A DNA stretch of 64,000 nt from an uncultured Pelagibacteraceae bacterium (GTDB taxonomy: Bacteria > Pseudomonadota > Alphaproteobacteria > Pelagibacterales > Pelagibacteraceae): contig CACIRB010000001.1 of NCBI GenBank assembly GCA_902588925.1, positions 20,218 to 84,217 on the forward strand, given 5' to 3'. This document shows, one piece after another, positions 8,839-18,695 of the stretch. The position numbers were made by a program, and so were the translations under genes. The notes beneath the pieces are model-generated. The model saw only the letters and a program-made list of their open reading frames with translations, made no database searches and was not told where the DNA came from. The stretch's first letter is position 1. Each line of letters opens with the position of its first letter.

Positions 8839-9703
8839 CTTTTAAAAAAAATTTTTTTAGGTGATTAATCGTTTGTTTAGGACTTTCCTCTGGAATGAAA
8901 TGATCTGAATTAATTTCTACACCATAAACTTTTTTGTTTGTGTATTTTTGCCAAATTTTAACTGATTTAAATTGTGTTCCAACAACCCCCTTTTTCCCCC
9001 ACAAAACTTGAATAGGAATGTTTAATTTTTTTTTCCGATCTTTTTTATCATGCTCTAAATCTATTGTAGCCGCAGCCCTATAATCTTCACAGGTTGCATA
9101 AATTCTTTTCTTTTGTTTAAAGGTTCTTAAATACTCAACCTCAACTCTTCCAACCGCAAGTTTGGATGACCTGTTAAAACGACTTTTTAACCATCTTTGA
9201 GGGTCTGCCATGATCATTTTTTCTGGTAAGGGTGCTGGCTGAGTTAAATAAAACCAATGAAAATATCCTGATGCAAATTCCATATCTGTATGTTCATACA
9301 TATCCAGAGTTGGACAAATATCTAAAACGCTCATAGCTAAAATTTTGTCTCTAAAATCTCTCGCCATTCTGTGTGCAACTCTTCCACCCCTGTCATGTCC
9401 TGCAACATAAAACTTTTTAAATTTCAGTTTACTCATTAGCTGAACCATATCTTTAGCCATTTCTCTTTTAGAGTAATTTTTATGATTAATTCCACCAGGT
9501 AAAACAAAACTATCTCCGTACCCTCTAAGATCAGCAACAATTACTGTAAAATACTTGCTAAGCTCTGGGGCAGTTTTGTGCCACATTACATGTGTTTGAG
9601 GGTATCCATGAAGTAATAATAAGGGAGGACCGTTTCCTTTAAATCTACAAAAAATTTTTCCTTTATTTACTTTTATAAATTTTTTTTTAAATCCACTAAA
9701 CAT
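8816..9703 (-). CDS. Haloacetate/fluoroacetate dehalogenase-like alpha/beta hydrolase
   Basis: HGYPQTHVMWH, GHDRGGR, LDICPT, FHWF, CEDYRA, HFIPEE. ATG at 9703 (TTG at 9709 is an alternative start). Confidence 0.85.
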   Translation of the reverse strand: MFSGFKKKFIKVNKGKIFCRFKGNGPPLLLLHGYPQTHVMWHKTAPELSKYFTVIVADLRGYGDSFVLPGGINHKNYSKREMAKDMVQLMSKLKFKKFYVAGHDRGGRVAHRMARDFRDKILAMSVLDICPTLDMYEHTDMEFASGYFHWFYLTQPAPLPEKMIMADPQRWLKSRFNRSSKLAVGRVEVEYLRTFKQKKRIYATCEDYRAAATIDLEHDKKDRKKKLNIPIQVLWGKKGVVGTQFKSVKIWQKYTNKKVYGVEINSDHFIPEESPKQTINHLKKFFLKDVKNNSK

Positions 9704-9712
9704 GATCAACTA

Positions 9713-9979
9713 TTAATTATTTAATAGCTTGTTTTTTGCCTTTTCAAACTCTTCTTGAGAGATAATTCCTTTTTCTTTTAAATCATTTAACTTTGATAGC
9801 TCTTCACTTAAATTTATACTGTGGTCAGTGGTTTCTAAATTAGTCTGACTTTCAGACTCCTCTTTTTCTACTCTATTTGCTTCCTTTGCAGAAAATCCTT
9901 TCATAATTGCAGTGCCGCCTAGATAAAGGACATACGCTAAAATAGGAATTGCCAAACCAAAAAATATTATTTTTTCCAT
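9713..9979 (-). CDS. SHOCT-domain membrane protein
   Basis: N-terminal TM helix; C-terminal LSKLNDLKEKGIISQEEFEKAKNKLL. Confidence 0.8.
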   Translation of the reverse strand: MEKIIFFGLAIPILAYVLYLGGTAIMKGFSAKEANRVEKEESESQTNLETTDHSINLSEELSKLNDLKEKGIISQEEFEKAKNKLLNN

Positions 9980-9982
9980 AAG

Positions 9983-10186
9983 CTAATCCTCATCTTCTTC
10001 TCTCCATTTTTTTTCATACATTAAGTATGCAGCGTATATTACTGATACTGTACCTACAATCATACCATAGTCAAAACCAGTTTGCTTGTCATGTAAATAC
10101 CAACCAAGTTGTGTGGCACCAATTGGTGGGACAGTAAGCAGGAGAAATATTATACCAAATCTGTAAGGACGTTTAGGTTTTTTCAT
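9983..10186 (-). CDS. Small two-TM hypothetical protein
   Basis: 67-aa ORF filling the gap, co-oriented with neighbours. Confidence 0.65.
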   Translation of the reverse strand: MKKPKRPYRFGIIFLLLTVPPIGATQLGWYLHDKQTGFDYGMIVGTVSVIYAAYLMYEKKWREEDED

Positions 10187-10224
10187 TCCTTTAAACTAAC
10201 AGATATAAGCAAGTGATTTAAATG

Positions 10225-11070
10225 CTAAATTTGCGATCTTTTGAAACAGTCTATTGTATTTTTAAGCAAACAAGCAATTGTCATTGGTCCTACACCACCT
10301 GGTACTGGAGTTAAAGCTTTTGCATTTTTTGAAACATCTTCGAAATCAACATCTCCAACAATACCTTTTTCAGTTTTGTTAATACCTACGTCAATTACTA
10401 TTGCATCTTTTTTAACCCAATCACCTTTTACAAGCTCAGGTATTCCAACTGCTGCAACAATTATATCAGCCTCTAAACATTCAGCTTTTAAATCTTTAGT
10501 TTTTGAATGGGTAATTGTTACAGTGCAATTTTCTTTCAAAAGTAATTGCGTCATTGGTTTTCCATTTAAATTTGATCTACCAACTACTACTGCTTTTTTT
10601 CCACTTAAATTTGGTTCAATTTTTTTTATTAACAAATAACAGCCAAGAGGTGTACAAGGAACTGAACTTTCATAACCTGATGAAAGGTTTCCAACATTCA
10701 TTGGATGAAAACCATCTACATCTTTAGAAGGATCAATTGCTTCAATAACTTTCTGCTTATCTATATGTTTTGGTAATGGTAATTGAACTAAAATTCCTGA
10801 AACTGTTTCATCTTTGTTTAATTCTTCAATTTTTTCTAAAACAGTTTTTTCTTCAACGCTATCTGGGTACTTAATTACATCTGATTTTAGACCTACTTCA
10901 TTTGCTGATTTTTCTTTATTACGAACATAAATTTGACTTGGAGTTAGATCCCCAATTAATATTACAGTTAAACCAGGGACTTTATTATATTTGGATTTAA
11001 GCCCTGATACTTCTTGTTTTAATTCTTCTCTGAGTTCAGCTGCAGCTTTTTTTCCGTCAATTAAAATCAT
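10225..11070 (-). CDS. folD: Bifunctional methylene-THF dehydrogenase/cyclohydrolase
   Basis: ILVQLPLP, KDVDGFHP, TPVPGGVGPMT; start moved to MILIDGK. Confidence 0.96.
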   Translation of the reverse strand: MILIDGKKAAAELREELKQEVSGLKSKYNKVPGLTVILIGDLTPSQIYVRNKEKSANEVGLKSDVIKYPDSVEEKTVLEKIEELNKDETVSGILVQLPLPKHIDKQKVIEAIDPSKDVDGFHPMNVGNLSSGYESSVPCTPLGCYLLIKKIEPNLSGKKAVVVGRSNLNGKPMTQLLLKENCTVTITHSKTKDLKAECLEADIIVAAVGIPELVKGDWVKKDAIVIDVGINKTEKGIVGDVDFEDVSKNAKALTPVPGGVGPMTIACLLKNTIDCFKRSQI

Positions 11071-11078
11071 TTTACTTT

Positions 11079-11369
11079 CTAAAATATTATTGGTGCAATG
11101 TAGAGCTTCATACACATTTCAATAAACCAAATCAATAAAAGAAGAACGATTGGTGAGATATCTAGCGATCCTAAATTAGGTAAAAAACGTCTAATTTTAT
11201 TAAGTATTGGCTCAGTTAATTTATATGTAAGCTCTAAAATTGAATAAACAAATCTGTTTTGAGTATTTAAAACATTAAAAGCTATCAACCAACTTATGAT
11301 TACATTTGCTATGACAACATAAGAATACAGTTTCAATATCTGTAAAACTAAATAAAAAATTGCTATCAT
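11079..11369 (-). CDS. YggT-family membrane protein
   Basis: SWLIAFNVLN, LTEPIL..IRRFLP, LDISP. Confidence 0.88.
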   Translation of the reverse strand: MIAIFYLVLQILKLYSYVVIANVIISWLIAFNVLNTQNRFVYSILELTYKLTEPILNKIRRFLPNLGSLDISPIVLLLLIWFIEMCMKLYIAPIIF

Positions 11370-12451
11370 TTTTTCTCAACATAAATTGACTGACTTGGGA
11401 AGGCAAAAGAAGCATTATTATTTTCTACAATCTGCTTAATTTGAATTGCTAATCTCTCCTTTACTTCCAGTGAATTACTCCAACTATTTGAGTCTGTAAA
11501 ACATCTTACCAGCAAATCTATTGAGCTATCAGAAAACTTCTCAATTCTAACTGCAACGCCAGTTGATTGATTAAAATCTTTACTGTTATTAATATAACTT
11601 TCAATTTCCTCTCTTATTTTTTTCAATTGATCAATTGTGGAATCGTACTGCAAAGTAATTATCCATCTAATTCTCCAATTGGATGTTTCACTCACATTGA
11701 CAACAGCATTTTCTGCAAATTGAAAATTAGGAATAATAGCTAGAGATTTGTCAAACTTTCTAATTGTCGTGGATCTAAAACCAATTTTTTCAACTGTACC
11801 TTCAATGATACCATCAACTGCAATCCAATCTCCAATTTTAAATCTTTTTTCAACTAATACTAAAATGCCAGAAATTAAATTTTTAAATAAATCTTGTGCT
11901 CCAAGTGCAACCGCAACCCCAAACAAACCAAGACCAGCAATAATAGGACCTATCTTAATTCCCCATAATTCTAGTACCGCAGCTAATCCTAAAATAAATA
12001 TTAAGATCTTAAGAGATTTAATAATCCAACCAATAAGTTCTCTGGTTAAAAGTTTATCTAGCCCACTTAAGATATATGAAATGGGTTCAATAATTTGATG
12101 AATAACCCAAAATATTAATATCGTAATTAAAGTTCTATTAATTGTATCAACTACTTCTCTTCCCTCTGTTGAAAAAGTCATATAATAACTTGCAATAAAG
12201 AAACCCAATACAATCGGTAAAAATCTAGCTGGGCCAATTAATGACTGAACAAAAGTATCGTCTAATTTATTTGTTGTTCTTTTTGATATAATTTCTAATT
12301 TTTTTATAATTAGTTTACTAATTAGTCCTCTAAAGACTAAAAAAATTAAAAATATACCAATTCCAATTAAAATTTGAAAAATATCGACACCAAGTATTCC
12401 TTTACTCCAAACAGATAAAAATATTTCAGAAAAATTATTTATTAATTCCAT
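11366..12451 (-). CDS. MscS-family mechanosensitive channel
   Basis: AGLGLFGVAVALGAQD, FKIGDWI, GTVEKIGFRST, FAFPSQ. Confidence 0.92.
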   Translation of the reverse strand: MELINNFSEIFLSVWSKGILGVDIFQILIGIGIFLIFLVFRGLISKLIIKKLEIISKRTTNKLDDTFVQSLIGPARFLPIVLGFFIASYYMTFSTEGREVVDTINRTLITILIFWVIHQIIEPISYILSGLDKLLTRELIGWIIKSLKILIFILGLAAVLELWGIKIGPIIAGLGLFGVAVALGAQDLFKNLISGILVLVEKRFKIGDWIAVDGIIEGTVEKIGFRSTTIRKFDKSLAIIPNFQFAENAVVNVSETSNWRIRWIITLQYDSTIDQLKKIREEIESYINNSKDFNQSTGVAVRIEKFSDSSIDLLVRCFTDSNSWSNSLEVKERLAIQIKQIVENNNASFAFPSQSIYVEKK

Positions 12452-12453
12452 AC

Positions 12454-13152
12454 CTAAATTTTATATAACAAAAACTCTTCTTCTCCAGGATTAAAAAGAA
12501 ATATCTTTTTCCATTTAATTTCATTCAATATTGACGAGGTTTTTTCACCTATACACATCAAGTTTGTATTCATCCAAAGGTTTTCTGTTTGATAGATTTT
12601 TATAAAATTTAAGAAGCTGGAAGCACTATTTTGAGAATAAACATAAACAATATCCGGCATATTCTGCTTTAATTCGTTAACAAAGTTTTCATCAAATTTT
12701 TCAGTATGATTTACCTTATAATTTATAATTCTTTTAACTGTATAGCCTTCTTTTAATAATTGTTGATCTAAATCAGCCGATATGATCTCACCACTTACAT
12801 AAAGGAGAGGAGTTTCTTTTAATTCATAATTTTGCAAGATTAGTTCTTTAAGGTTTGAAACATTTCCTTCTGCAGCAATTGTGTTTTGAAATCCCAAACT
12901 TCTAGCTTTTTTTTCTGTTGTACTACCAACACAAAAACAAATTAGTTTTTTATTCAAATTTTTCACATTTAAATTTTTTACAGCATTGGAACTTGTGAAA
13001 ATTACACCACCATATTCAGTAAAGTTAATTTCATCATGATGAACTTTTTCAACATTTATTAATGGAAGGTGAGAAACTTTATGATCTAAAGATTGAAACT
13101 TTACTATCATTTCAGAACAATCTTCTAAAGGTCTAGTTAACAAAATATGCAT
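12454..13152 (-). CDS. hemD: Uroporphyrinogen-III synthase
   Basis: ILLTRP, IFTSSNAV, CVGSTT; directly downstream of hemC. Confidence 0.88.
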   Translation of the reverse strand: MHILLTRPLEDCSEMIVKFQSLDHKVSHLPLINVEKVHHDEINFTEYGGVIFTSSNAVKNLNVKNLNKKLICFCVGSTTEKKARSLGFQNTIAAEGNVSNLKELILQNYELKETPLLYVSGEIISADLDQQLLKEGYTVKRIINYKVNHTEKFDENFVNELKQNMPDIVYVYSQNSASSFLNFIKIYQTENLWMNTNLMCIGEKTSSILNEIKWKKIFLFNPGEEEFLLYKI

Positions 13153-13153
13153 T

Positions 13154-14071
13154 TTACTTTTTATATGAATTATTTGATTTAATTTTTAAAGCATTACCAA
13201 CTTCAGTTCCAATTTCTTTAAACATATCAACATTACCAGATTTTTTTTCATAAAATATTTGAGAACCATCTAATGAAAATAGTTCAGCTTCAACAGTAAT
13301 TTTGTTCCCTTCTATAATTGAATGAGCACCTATTGCTGTTTCGCAATCACCTTCCAATACTTTTAAAATATTTCTTTCTACGTGAGCTCTCTTATATGTA
13401 TCTTTGTGATTTATTTTTTCTAAAACTGATATGATTTCACCGTCATCGTCTCTACACTGTAAAGCAATAATACCTTGGCCTGCACTTGGAATAATCTGAT
13501 CAGTCGAAAAAATTTCTGAAATCTCATTATCAAGATTTAAATATTTAATCCCCGTATAAGACAAAATTATTGCATCATAAATGCCTTCCTTTAGCTTTTT
13601 AATTCTAGTGTCTACATTTCCTCTTATTAATTTACAGCTAACATCTGATCTTATTTTTTTAATTTGAAATTCTCGTCTATAAGATGAAGTTCCTACTATT
13701 GCGTTTTGCTTTAATTCTTTAATATTTTTCTTATCATTTGTTATTAAAGTTTCTCTCGGATCTGTTCTCTCTAAAAATGAGTCTGTTTTTAGTCCTTTAG
13801 TTTCAATTGCTGGCATATCTTTCAATGCATGAACGGCTATATCAATTTTTTTTTCTTTAAGTTCTTTTTCGATTGTACTCGAAAATAGACCTTTACCACC
13901 AACTTCCGATAATCTTCGATCCTGTATTTGATCACCTTTTGTTGTAATAGTTTGAATAATGATCTGATCATCTGTTAAATTTAAAGCTTTAATAATTTTA
14001 TCTTTAGCTTTTTGCGCATAAAGCAAAGCCAATTTACTTCCTCTTGAGCCTATTATAATTTTTCTATTCAT
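13154..14071 (-). CDS. hemC: Hydroxymethylbilane synthase
   Basis: GSRGSKLAL, GGKGLF, HALKDMP, RGNVDTR, EGDC; start moved to MNRKIIIG. Confidence 0.96.
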   Translation of the reverse strand: MNRKIIIGSRGSKLALLYAQKAKDKIIKALNLTDDQIIIQTITTKGDQIQDRRLSEVGGKGLFSSTIEKELKEKKIDIAVHALKDMPAIETKGLKTDSFLERTDPRETLITNDKKNIKELKQNAIVGTSSYRREFQIKKIRSDVSCKLIRGNVDTRIKKLKEGIYDAIILSYTGIKYLNLDNEISEIFSTDQIIPSAGQGIIALQCRDDDGEIISVLEKINHKDTYKRAHVERNILKVLEGDCETAIGAHSIIEGNKITVEAELFSLDGSQIFYEKKSGNVDMFKEIGTEVGNALKIKSNNSYKK

Positions 14072-14126
14072 TAAAAATTTATTTCTTACTTGTATTGAGA
14101 TTGTACAATTAATAAAAACTATTTGA

Positions 14127-15200
14127 ATGAGTAAAAAACCCTTAATTCTTGGAATAGAAACTAGCTGTGATGAAACAGCCGCATCTATAATAACTGAAAA
14201 TGACAAAGGAATTCCAACAGTTTTATCTAATATCGTTTCTAGTCAAGTCGATGTTCACAAAGAATTTGGAGGAGTAGTTCCTGAACTAGCCGCAAGATCA
14301 CATATCGAAAAAATAGATTGGATTGTTGAAAAAGCAATTGCTGATAGTGGTAAAAAAATTGAGGAAATTGATGCAGTTGCTTCAACTGCTGGCCCTGGTT
14401 TAATTGTTTGTTTATCAGTTGGTTTAAGTTTCGGAAAAGCTTTCGCAAGCGCAATCAATAAACCTTTTATAGCAGTTAATCACCTTGAGGGTCATGCATT
14501 AAGTCCTAAATTAAATTCTCATTTAAATTATCCCTATCTATTATTGCTAATTTCAGGAGGTCATTCACAATATTTAAGTGTTCAAGGTCTTGGAAAATAT
14601 AAAAGACTAGGAACAACTATTGATGATGCATTAGGTGAAGCCTTTGACAAAACAGCTAAACTTTTAGGAATTGAATTTCCTGGTGGACCACAAATCGAAG
14701 TTTTGGCGAAAAAAGGAGATCCAGAAAAATATGATTTACCTAAACCAATTTTTAATAAGGGTGGATGTAATTTATCTTTCGCAGGATTAAAAACAGCAAT
14801 TTTAAAAATTGCAAAATCTATAAAAACAGAACAAGAAAAATTTGACTTGGCAGCTTCTTTTCAAAAAACTGTTGAAGAAATTCTTTATAAGAAAACTAAA
14901 ATAGCATTTGAAGAGTTTGAAAAAGATAATGAATTAAAAGAAAAAGTTTTTGTAGTAGCTGGTGGAGTTGCTGCTAACAAGAAAATTAGATCTATGTTAA
15001 CTAATTTATGTGAAGCTAATAATTACAAAAGTATATTTCCACCAATAGAACTTTGTGGGGACAATGCTGCAATGATTGCAATGGTAGGTCTGGAAAAATA
15101 TAAATTAAATGAATTTAATAATTTAGATTTTCCAGCAAAACCAAGATGGCCATTAGATGAGAAAGCTGCTTTTTTAAAAGGAGCAGGAGTACAACTGTAA
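14127..15200 (+). CDS. tsaD: tRNA N6-adenosine threonylcarbamoyltransferase subunit
   Basis: GIETSCDET, GGVVPELAARSH, NHLEGH, DNAAMIA. Confidence 0.97.
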   Translation: MSKKPLILGIETSCDETAASIITENDKGIPTVLSNIVSSQVDVHKEFGGVVPELAARSHIEKIDWIVEKAIADSGKKIEEIDAVASTAGPGLIVCLSVGLSFGKAFASAINKPFIAVNHLEGHALSPKLNSHLNYPYLLLLISGGHSQYLSVQGLGKYKRLGTTIDDALGEAFDKTAKLLGIEFPGGPQIEVLAKKGDPEKYDLPKPIFNKGGCNLSFAGLKTAILKIAKSIKTEQEKFDLAASFQKTVEEILYKKTKIAFEEFEKDNELKEKVFVVAGGVAANKKIRSMLTNLCEANNYKSIFPPIELCGDNAAMIAMVGLEKYKLNEFNNLDFPAKPRWPLDEKAAFLKGAGVQL

Positions 15201-15613
15201 TGAAATACTGGTTATTAAAATCTGAACCAGATGTTTGGTCAATTGATCAACAAATAAAAGCTGGCAAAAAAGGTGCGCCGTGGGATGGTGTTAGAAATTA
15301 TCAAGCAGCAAATAATCTCAAAAGCATGAAGAAAGGTGATCTATGTTTTTTTTATCACTCTAATATTGGCAAAGAAGTAGTTGGGATAGTAAAAGTAATA
15401 AAAGAACACTATTTAGATAAAACTGACAAGACTGGAAGATTTGTTGCTGTAACAGTCCAATTTAAAAGCAAGTTCTCTAAACCAGTGACTCTTGAAAATA
15501 TTAAAAAAAATAAGGATTTAAGGGATTTAGCGCTCATAAAACAAAGTAGACTTTCAGTAATGCCAATTGATGATAAAAGCTGGAAAATTATAAATAACAT
15601 GAGTAAAATTTAA
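15200..15613 (+). CDS. EVE domain protein
   Basis: YWLLKSEP, WDGVRNYQA, FFYHSN, SRLSVMP. Confidence 0.93.
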   Translation: MKYWLLKSEPDVWSIDQQIKAGKKGAPWDGVRNYQAANNLKSMKKGDLCFFYHSNIGKEVVGIVKVIKEHYLDKTDKTGRFVAVTVQFKSKFSKPVTLENIKKNKDLRDLALIKQSRLSVMPIDDKSWKIINNMSKI

Positions 15614-15626
15614 AAAAAAATAATCC

Positions 15627-17693
15627 ATGCCAAAAAAAAAGAAAAAAGCAAAATCTAAAAAAAAAACTAAAGTAAGAAAGAAAACTGCAGTTAAGAAAAA
15701 AACTAAAGTTAAAAGAAAAAAATCAAAAAAAAATTTAAAACAAAGTGAAAAACCTACTCCAGAATTAATTATAAAAACTAAACCTGAATGGATTAAAAGC
15801 AGTTTAGCCAACAAAAGTAAATACGAGCAAAAATATTCTCAATCTATAAAAAATAACGATGAATTTTGGAAAAAAGAAGGAAAAAGAATTACTTGGATAA
15901 AACCGTATAAAAAAATTAAAGATTTTAAATATAGTTCTAAGGAAGTAAAAATTAAATGGTTTGAAGATGGGACACTGAATGCGTCTGCAAACTGTATCGA
16001 TAGACATCTAAAAGATAAAAAAGATAAAACAGCAATAATTTGGGTTGGTGATGATCCAAAAGATAGTCAAAAAATTACTTACAAACAACTTCACCAAAAA
16101 GTTTCTAAAGCTGCAAATGGTTTAAAAAAATTAGGTATTAAAAAAGGCGATAGAGTTACGATTTATCTTACAATGATACCAGAACTTGCTATTTTAATGT
16201 TAGCGTGTGTTAGAATAGGTGCGGTCCACTCAATTATTTTTGGAGGTTTTTCAGCAGACTCTATTTCGGGAAGAGTGAATGACTGTGAGTCTGAATATAT
16301 AATCACAGCTGATGAAGGTGTTAGAGGTGGAAAAACTATTCCTTTAAAAGAAACAACTGATGAAGCATTAGAAAGCTGTCCTAATATAAAAAAATGTATC
16401 GTTGTTAAACGTACTGGTAATTCAATTAGTTGGAATTATGATAGAGATGTTTGGTATCATGATTTAATTAAGGATGTTCCTTCTCAGTGTGAGCCTGAAG
16501 AAATGAACGCCGAAGATCCTCTATTTATTTTATACACATCAGGTTCAACCGGAAAACCAAAGGGCGTTTTGCATACAACAGGTGGTTACATGGTGTATGC
16601 ATCAATGACTCATCAATATATTTTTAATTACAAACCAAAAGATATTTATTGGTGTACCGCTGATATTGGTTGGGTAACAGGTCACAGTTATATTATCTAT
16701 GGCCCCCTTTCAAACGGTGCAACAACTATAATGTTTGAGGGAATACCTAACTATCCTGATAGTTCTAGATGGTGGCAAATAGTAGATAAATATAAAGTAA
16801 ATACCTTTTATACTGCACCTACTGCAATTAGAGCCCTAATGAGAGAAGGTGATAAGCCTGTCAAAAAAACTTCTAGAAAATCTTTAAAATTACTTGGGAC
16901 TGTTGGTGAACCAATAAACCCTGAAGCTTGGATGTGGTATTATAAAACAGTTGGAAATTCTAAATGCCCAATTGTAGATACGTGGTGGCAGACAGAAACA
17001 GGAGGGATATTAATTGCTCCTCAAACAGGTGCCATTCCACTAAAACCTGGTTCTGCAACAAAGCCCTTTTATGGAATAAAACCTATGTTGGTTGATAAAT
17101 CAGGCAAAGAAATTAAAGGACCCGGAGAAGGAAGGCTTTGTATAGCACAATCATGGCCTGGACAAATGAGAACAGTATATGGTGATCATCAAAGATTTAT
17201 TGATACTTATTTTTCTCAGTTTGAGGGTAAATATTTTACTGGTGATGGATGTCGAAGAGATAAAGATGGATATTACTGGATTACAGGTCGGGTAGATGAT
17301 GTAATTATTGTTTCAGGCCACAATTTGGGTACTGCCGAAATTGAAAGTGCATTCGTAGCTCATCCAAAGGTTGCGGAAGCAGCAGTCGTAGGTTATCCAC
17401 ACGATATTAAAGGTAATGGATTGTATTGTTATGTAACTTTAAATGCTGGTGAAAGAGAAACTGGTGAACTCGAAAGAGATCTAAAACTTTGGGTTAGAAA
17501 GCAAATTGGTCCACTTGCTACACCTGATTTAATTCATTTCACTCCAGGACTTCCAAAAACAAGATCTGGAAAAATTATGAGAAGAATTTTAAGAAAAATT
17601 GCTGCAAATGAACACGGCCAATTGGGAGATACAACCACATTAGCTGATCCTAGCGTTGTAGAAAGTTTGGTTGAAAATAGAAAAAATATTTAA
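15627..17693 (+). CDS. acs: Acetyl-CoA synthetase with Lys-rich N-terminal extension
   Basis: [32 protein letters not shown]. Confidence 0.96.
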   Translation: MPKKKKKAKSKKKTKVRKKTAVKKKTKVKRKKSKKNLKQSEKPTPELIIKTKPEWIKSSLANKSKYEQKYSQSIKNNDEFWKKEGKRITWIKPYKKIKDFKYSSKEVKIKWFEDGTLNASANCIDRHLKDKKDKTAIIWVGDDPKDSQKITYKQLHQKVSKAANGLKKLGIKKGDRVTIYLTMIPELAILMLACVRIGAVHSIIFGGFSADSISGRVNDCESEYIITADEGVRGGKTIPLKETTDEALESCPNIKKCIVVKRTGNSISWNYDRDVWYHDLIKDVPSQCEPEEMNAEDPLFILYTSGSTGKPKGVLHTTGGYMVYASMTHQYIFNYKPKDIYWCTADIGWVTGHSYIIYGPLSNGATTIMFEGIPNYPDSSRWWQIVDKYKVNTFYTAPTAIRALMREGDKPVKKTSRKSLKLLGTVGEPINPEAWMWYYKTVGNSKCPIVDTWWQTETGGILIAPQTGAIPLKPGSATKPFYGIKPMLVDKSGKEIKGPGEGRLCIAQSWPGQMRTVYGDHQRFIDTYFSQFEGKYFTGDGCRRDKDGYYWITGRVDDVIIVSGHNLGTAEIESAFVAHPKVAEAAVVGYPHDIKGNGLYCYVTLNAGERETGELERDLKLWVRKQIGPLATPDLIHFTPGLPKTRSGKIMRRILRKIAANEHGQLGDTTTLADPSVVESLVENRKNI

Positions 17694-18313
17694 AACTGTA
17701 TTCTATCTTTAAATTCTTTTTTAATAACATCCCATTTTAAAATAACAGAATTTAAAACTATTTTTCTATCAAGAGTTTTTAATTCGTCAGCTATTGGTGC
17801 CCATTTATATAATGATAATGCACTCGGGTTGAAGGGACGATCATCATGATACTTTTCCCAATCAATTTTAATCAATCTTTCATCAAATTCTTTTTTCGCT
17901 TCTTCGATGATATTTAAAGGCATGTTATTTATTGTTTCGTCATCTAAAATTTTTAAAAAAATTTCCTTAGCTTTATTTAATTCACTGAAACTAGAATTAA
18001 CTTTTAAATAAGAAAAAGTGAAGAAAGTTAAATCTTGAAGAGCAACGGAATAGATATTCCATTTAGCTTCATTTACAGATTTCATAAATTCATCATTATC
18101 AAAATGGAGAACATATCTTGTTCCCATTCTTGTTTTTAAATAACTATAAAGTGTAACTTGTGATACCCACGCAGATTTGGTTTGAATAAAATCTTCTAAC
18201 TCATCTAAAGTTTTAATTTTTGATTTTGGAATCAAAGCTTTAAACAAAGATAAGAAATAAACTTTGAAATCACTTAAAGATAAATCTTTCCAACTTAAAT
18301 TTTTTTTATCCAT
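17690..18313 (-). CDS. Hypothetical protein
   Basis: 207-aa ORF between acs and the symporter genes; family not recognised. Confidence 0.7.
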   Translation of the reverse strand: MDKKNLSWKDLSLSDFKVYFLSLFKALIPKSKIKTLDELEDFIQTKSAWVSQVTLYSYLKTRMGTRYVLHFDNDEFMKSVNEAKWNIYSVALQDLTFFTFSYLKVNSSFSELNKAKEIFLKILDDETINNMPLNIIEEAKKEFDERLIKIDWEKYHDDRPFNPSALSLYKWAPIADELKTLDRKIVLNSVILKWDVIKKEFKDRIQF

Positions 18314-18434
18314 AAAAAGTTAATTTTATTGAAAATATATGAAAAAATTAACCTAATACGGCTATTTTTACACTTTTATTCTCTTTCATAATGGTTATGG
18401 TTTTATCAGTTATAACTAAAAAAGAGAGGTATAC

Positions 18435-18695
18435 ATGGCGAAAAACGCTCAACACTGGGAAAAGACCAGAGGTTTGCTATTTGTAACACTAGCAATCTGG
18501 GCCATATTCTCAATGGGTATATTCCTTTTCGGAGCTGAAATGAACGAAGTTACAGGACCTTTTGGGTATCCATTAACTTATTGGTTCACATGTCAGGGTT
18601 CTCTTGCGATATTTGTGATCCTTATTTTCTGGTTTGCAGGTAGACAAGAAAAAATTGATGAAGAGTTCGGCTTCAGTGAAAAAGGAGACGACTAA
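18435..18695 (+). CDS. Small subunit of solute:sodium symporter (DUF4212-like)
   Basis: Two TM helices, GYPLTYWFTCQGS, IDEEFG; RBS GAGAGG; TAATG overlap with the symporter. Confidence 0.88.
   Translation: MAKNAQHWEKTRGLLFVTLAIWAIFSMGIFLFGAEMNEVTGPFGYPLTYWFTCQGSLAIFVILIFWFAGRQEKIDEEFGFSEKGDD

Noticed and set aside
14072-14206. Apparent N-terminal extension of HemC overlapping tsaD (similar extensions on FolD, HisE, DapB, YggS, Tim44 and the Ubi hydroxylase)
   Set aside because: Longest-ORF artefacts; downstream ATGs match the family N-termini and remove most overlaps.
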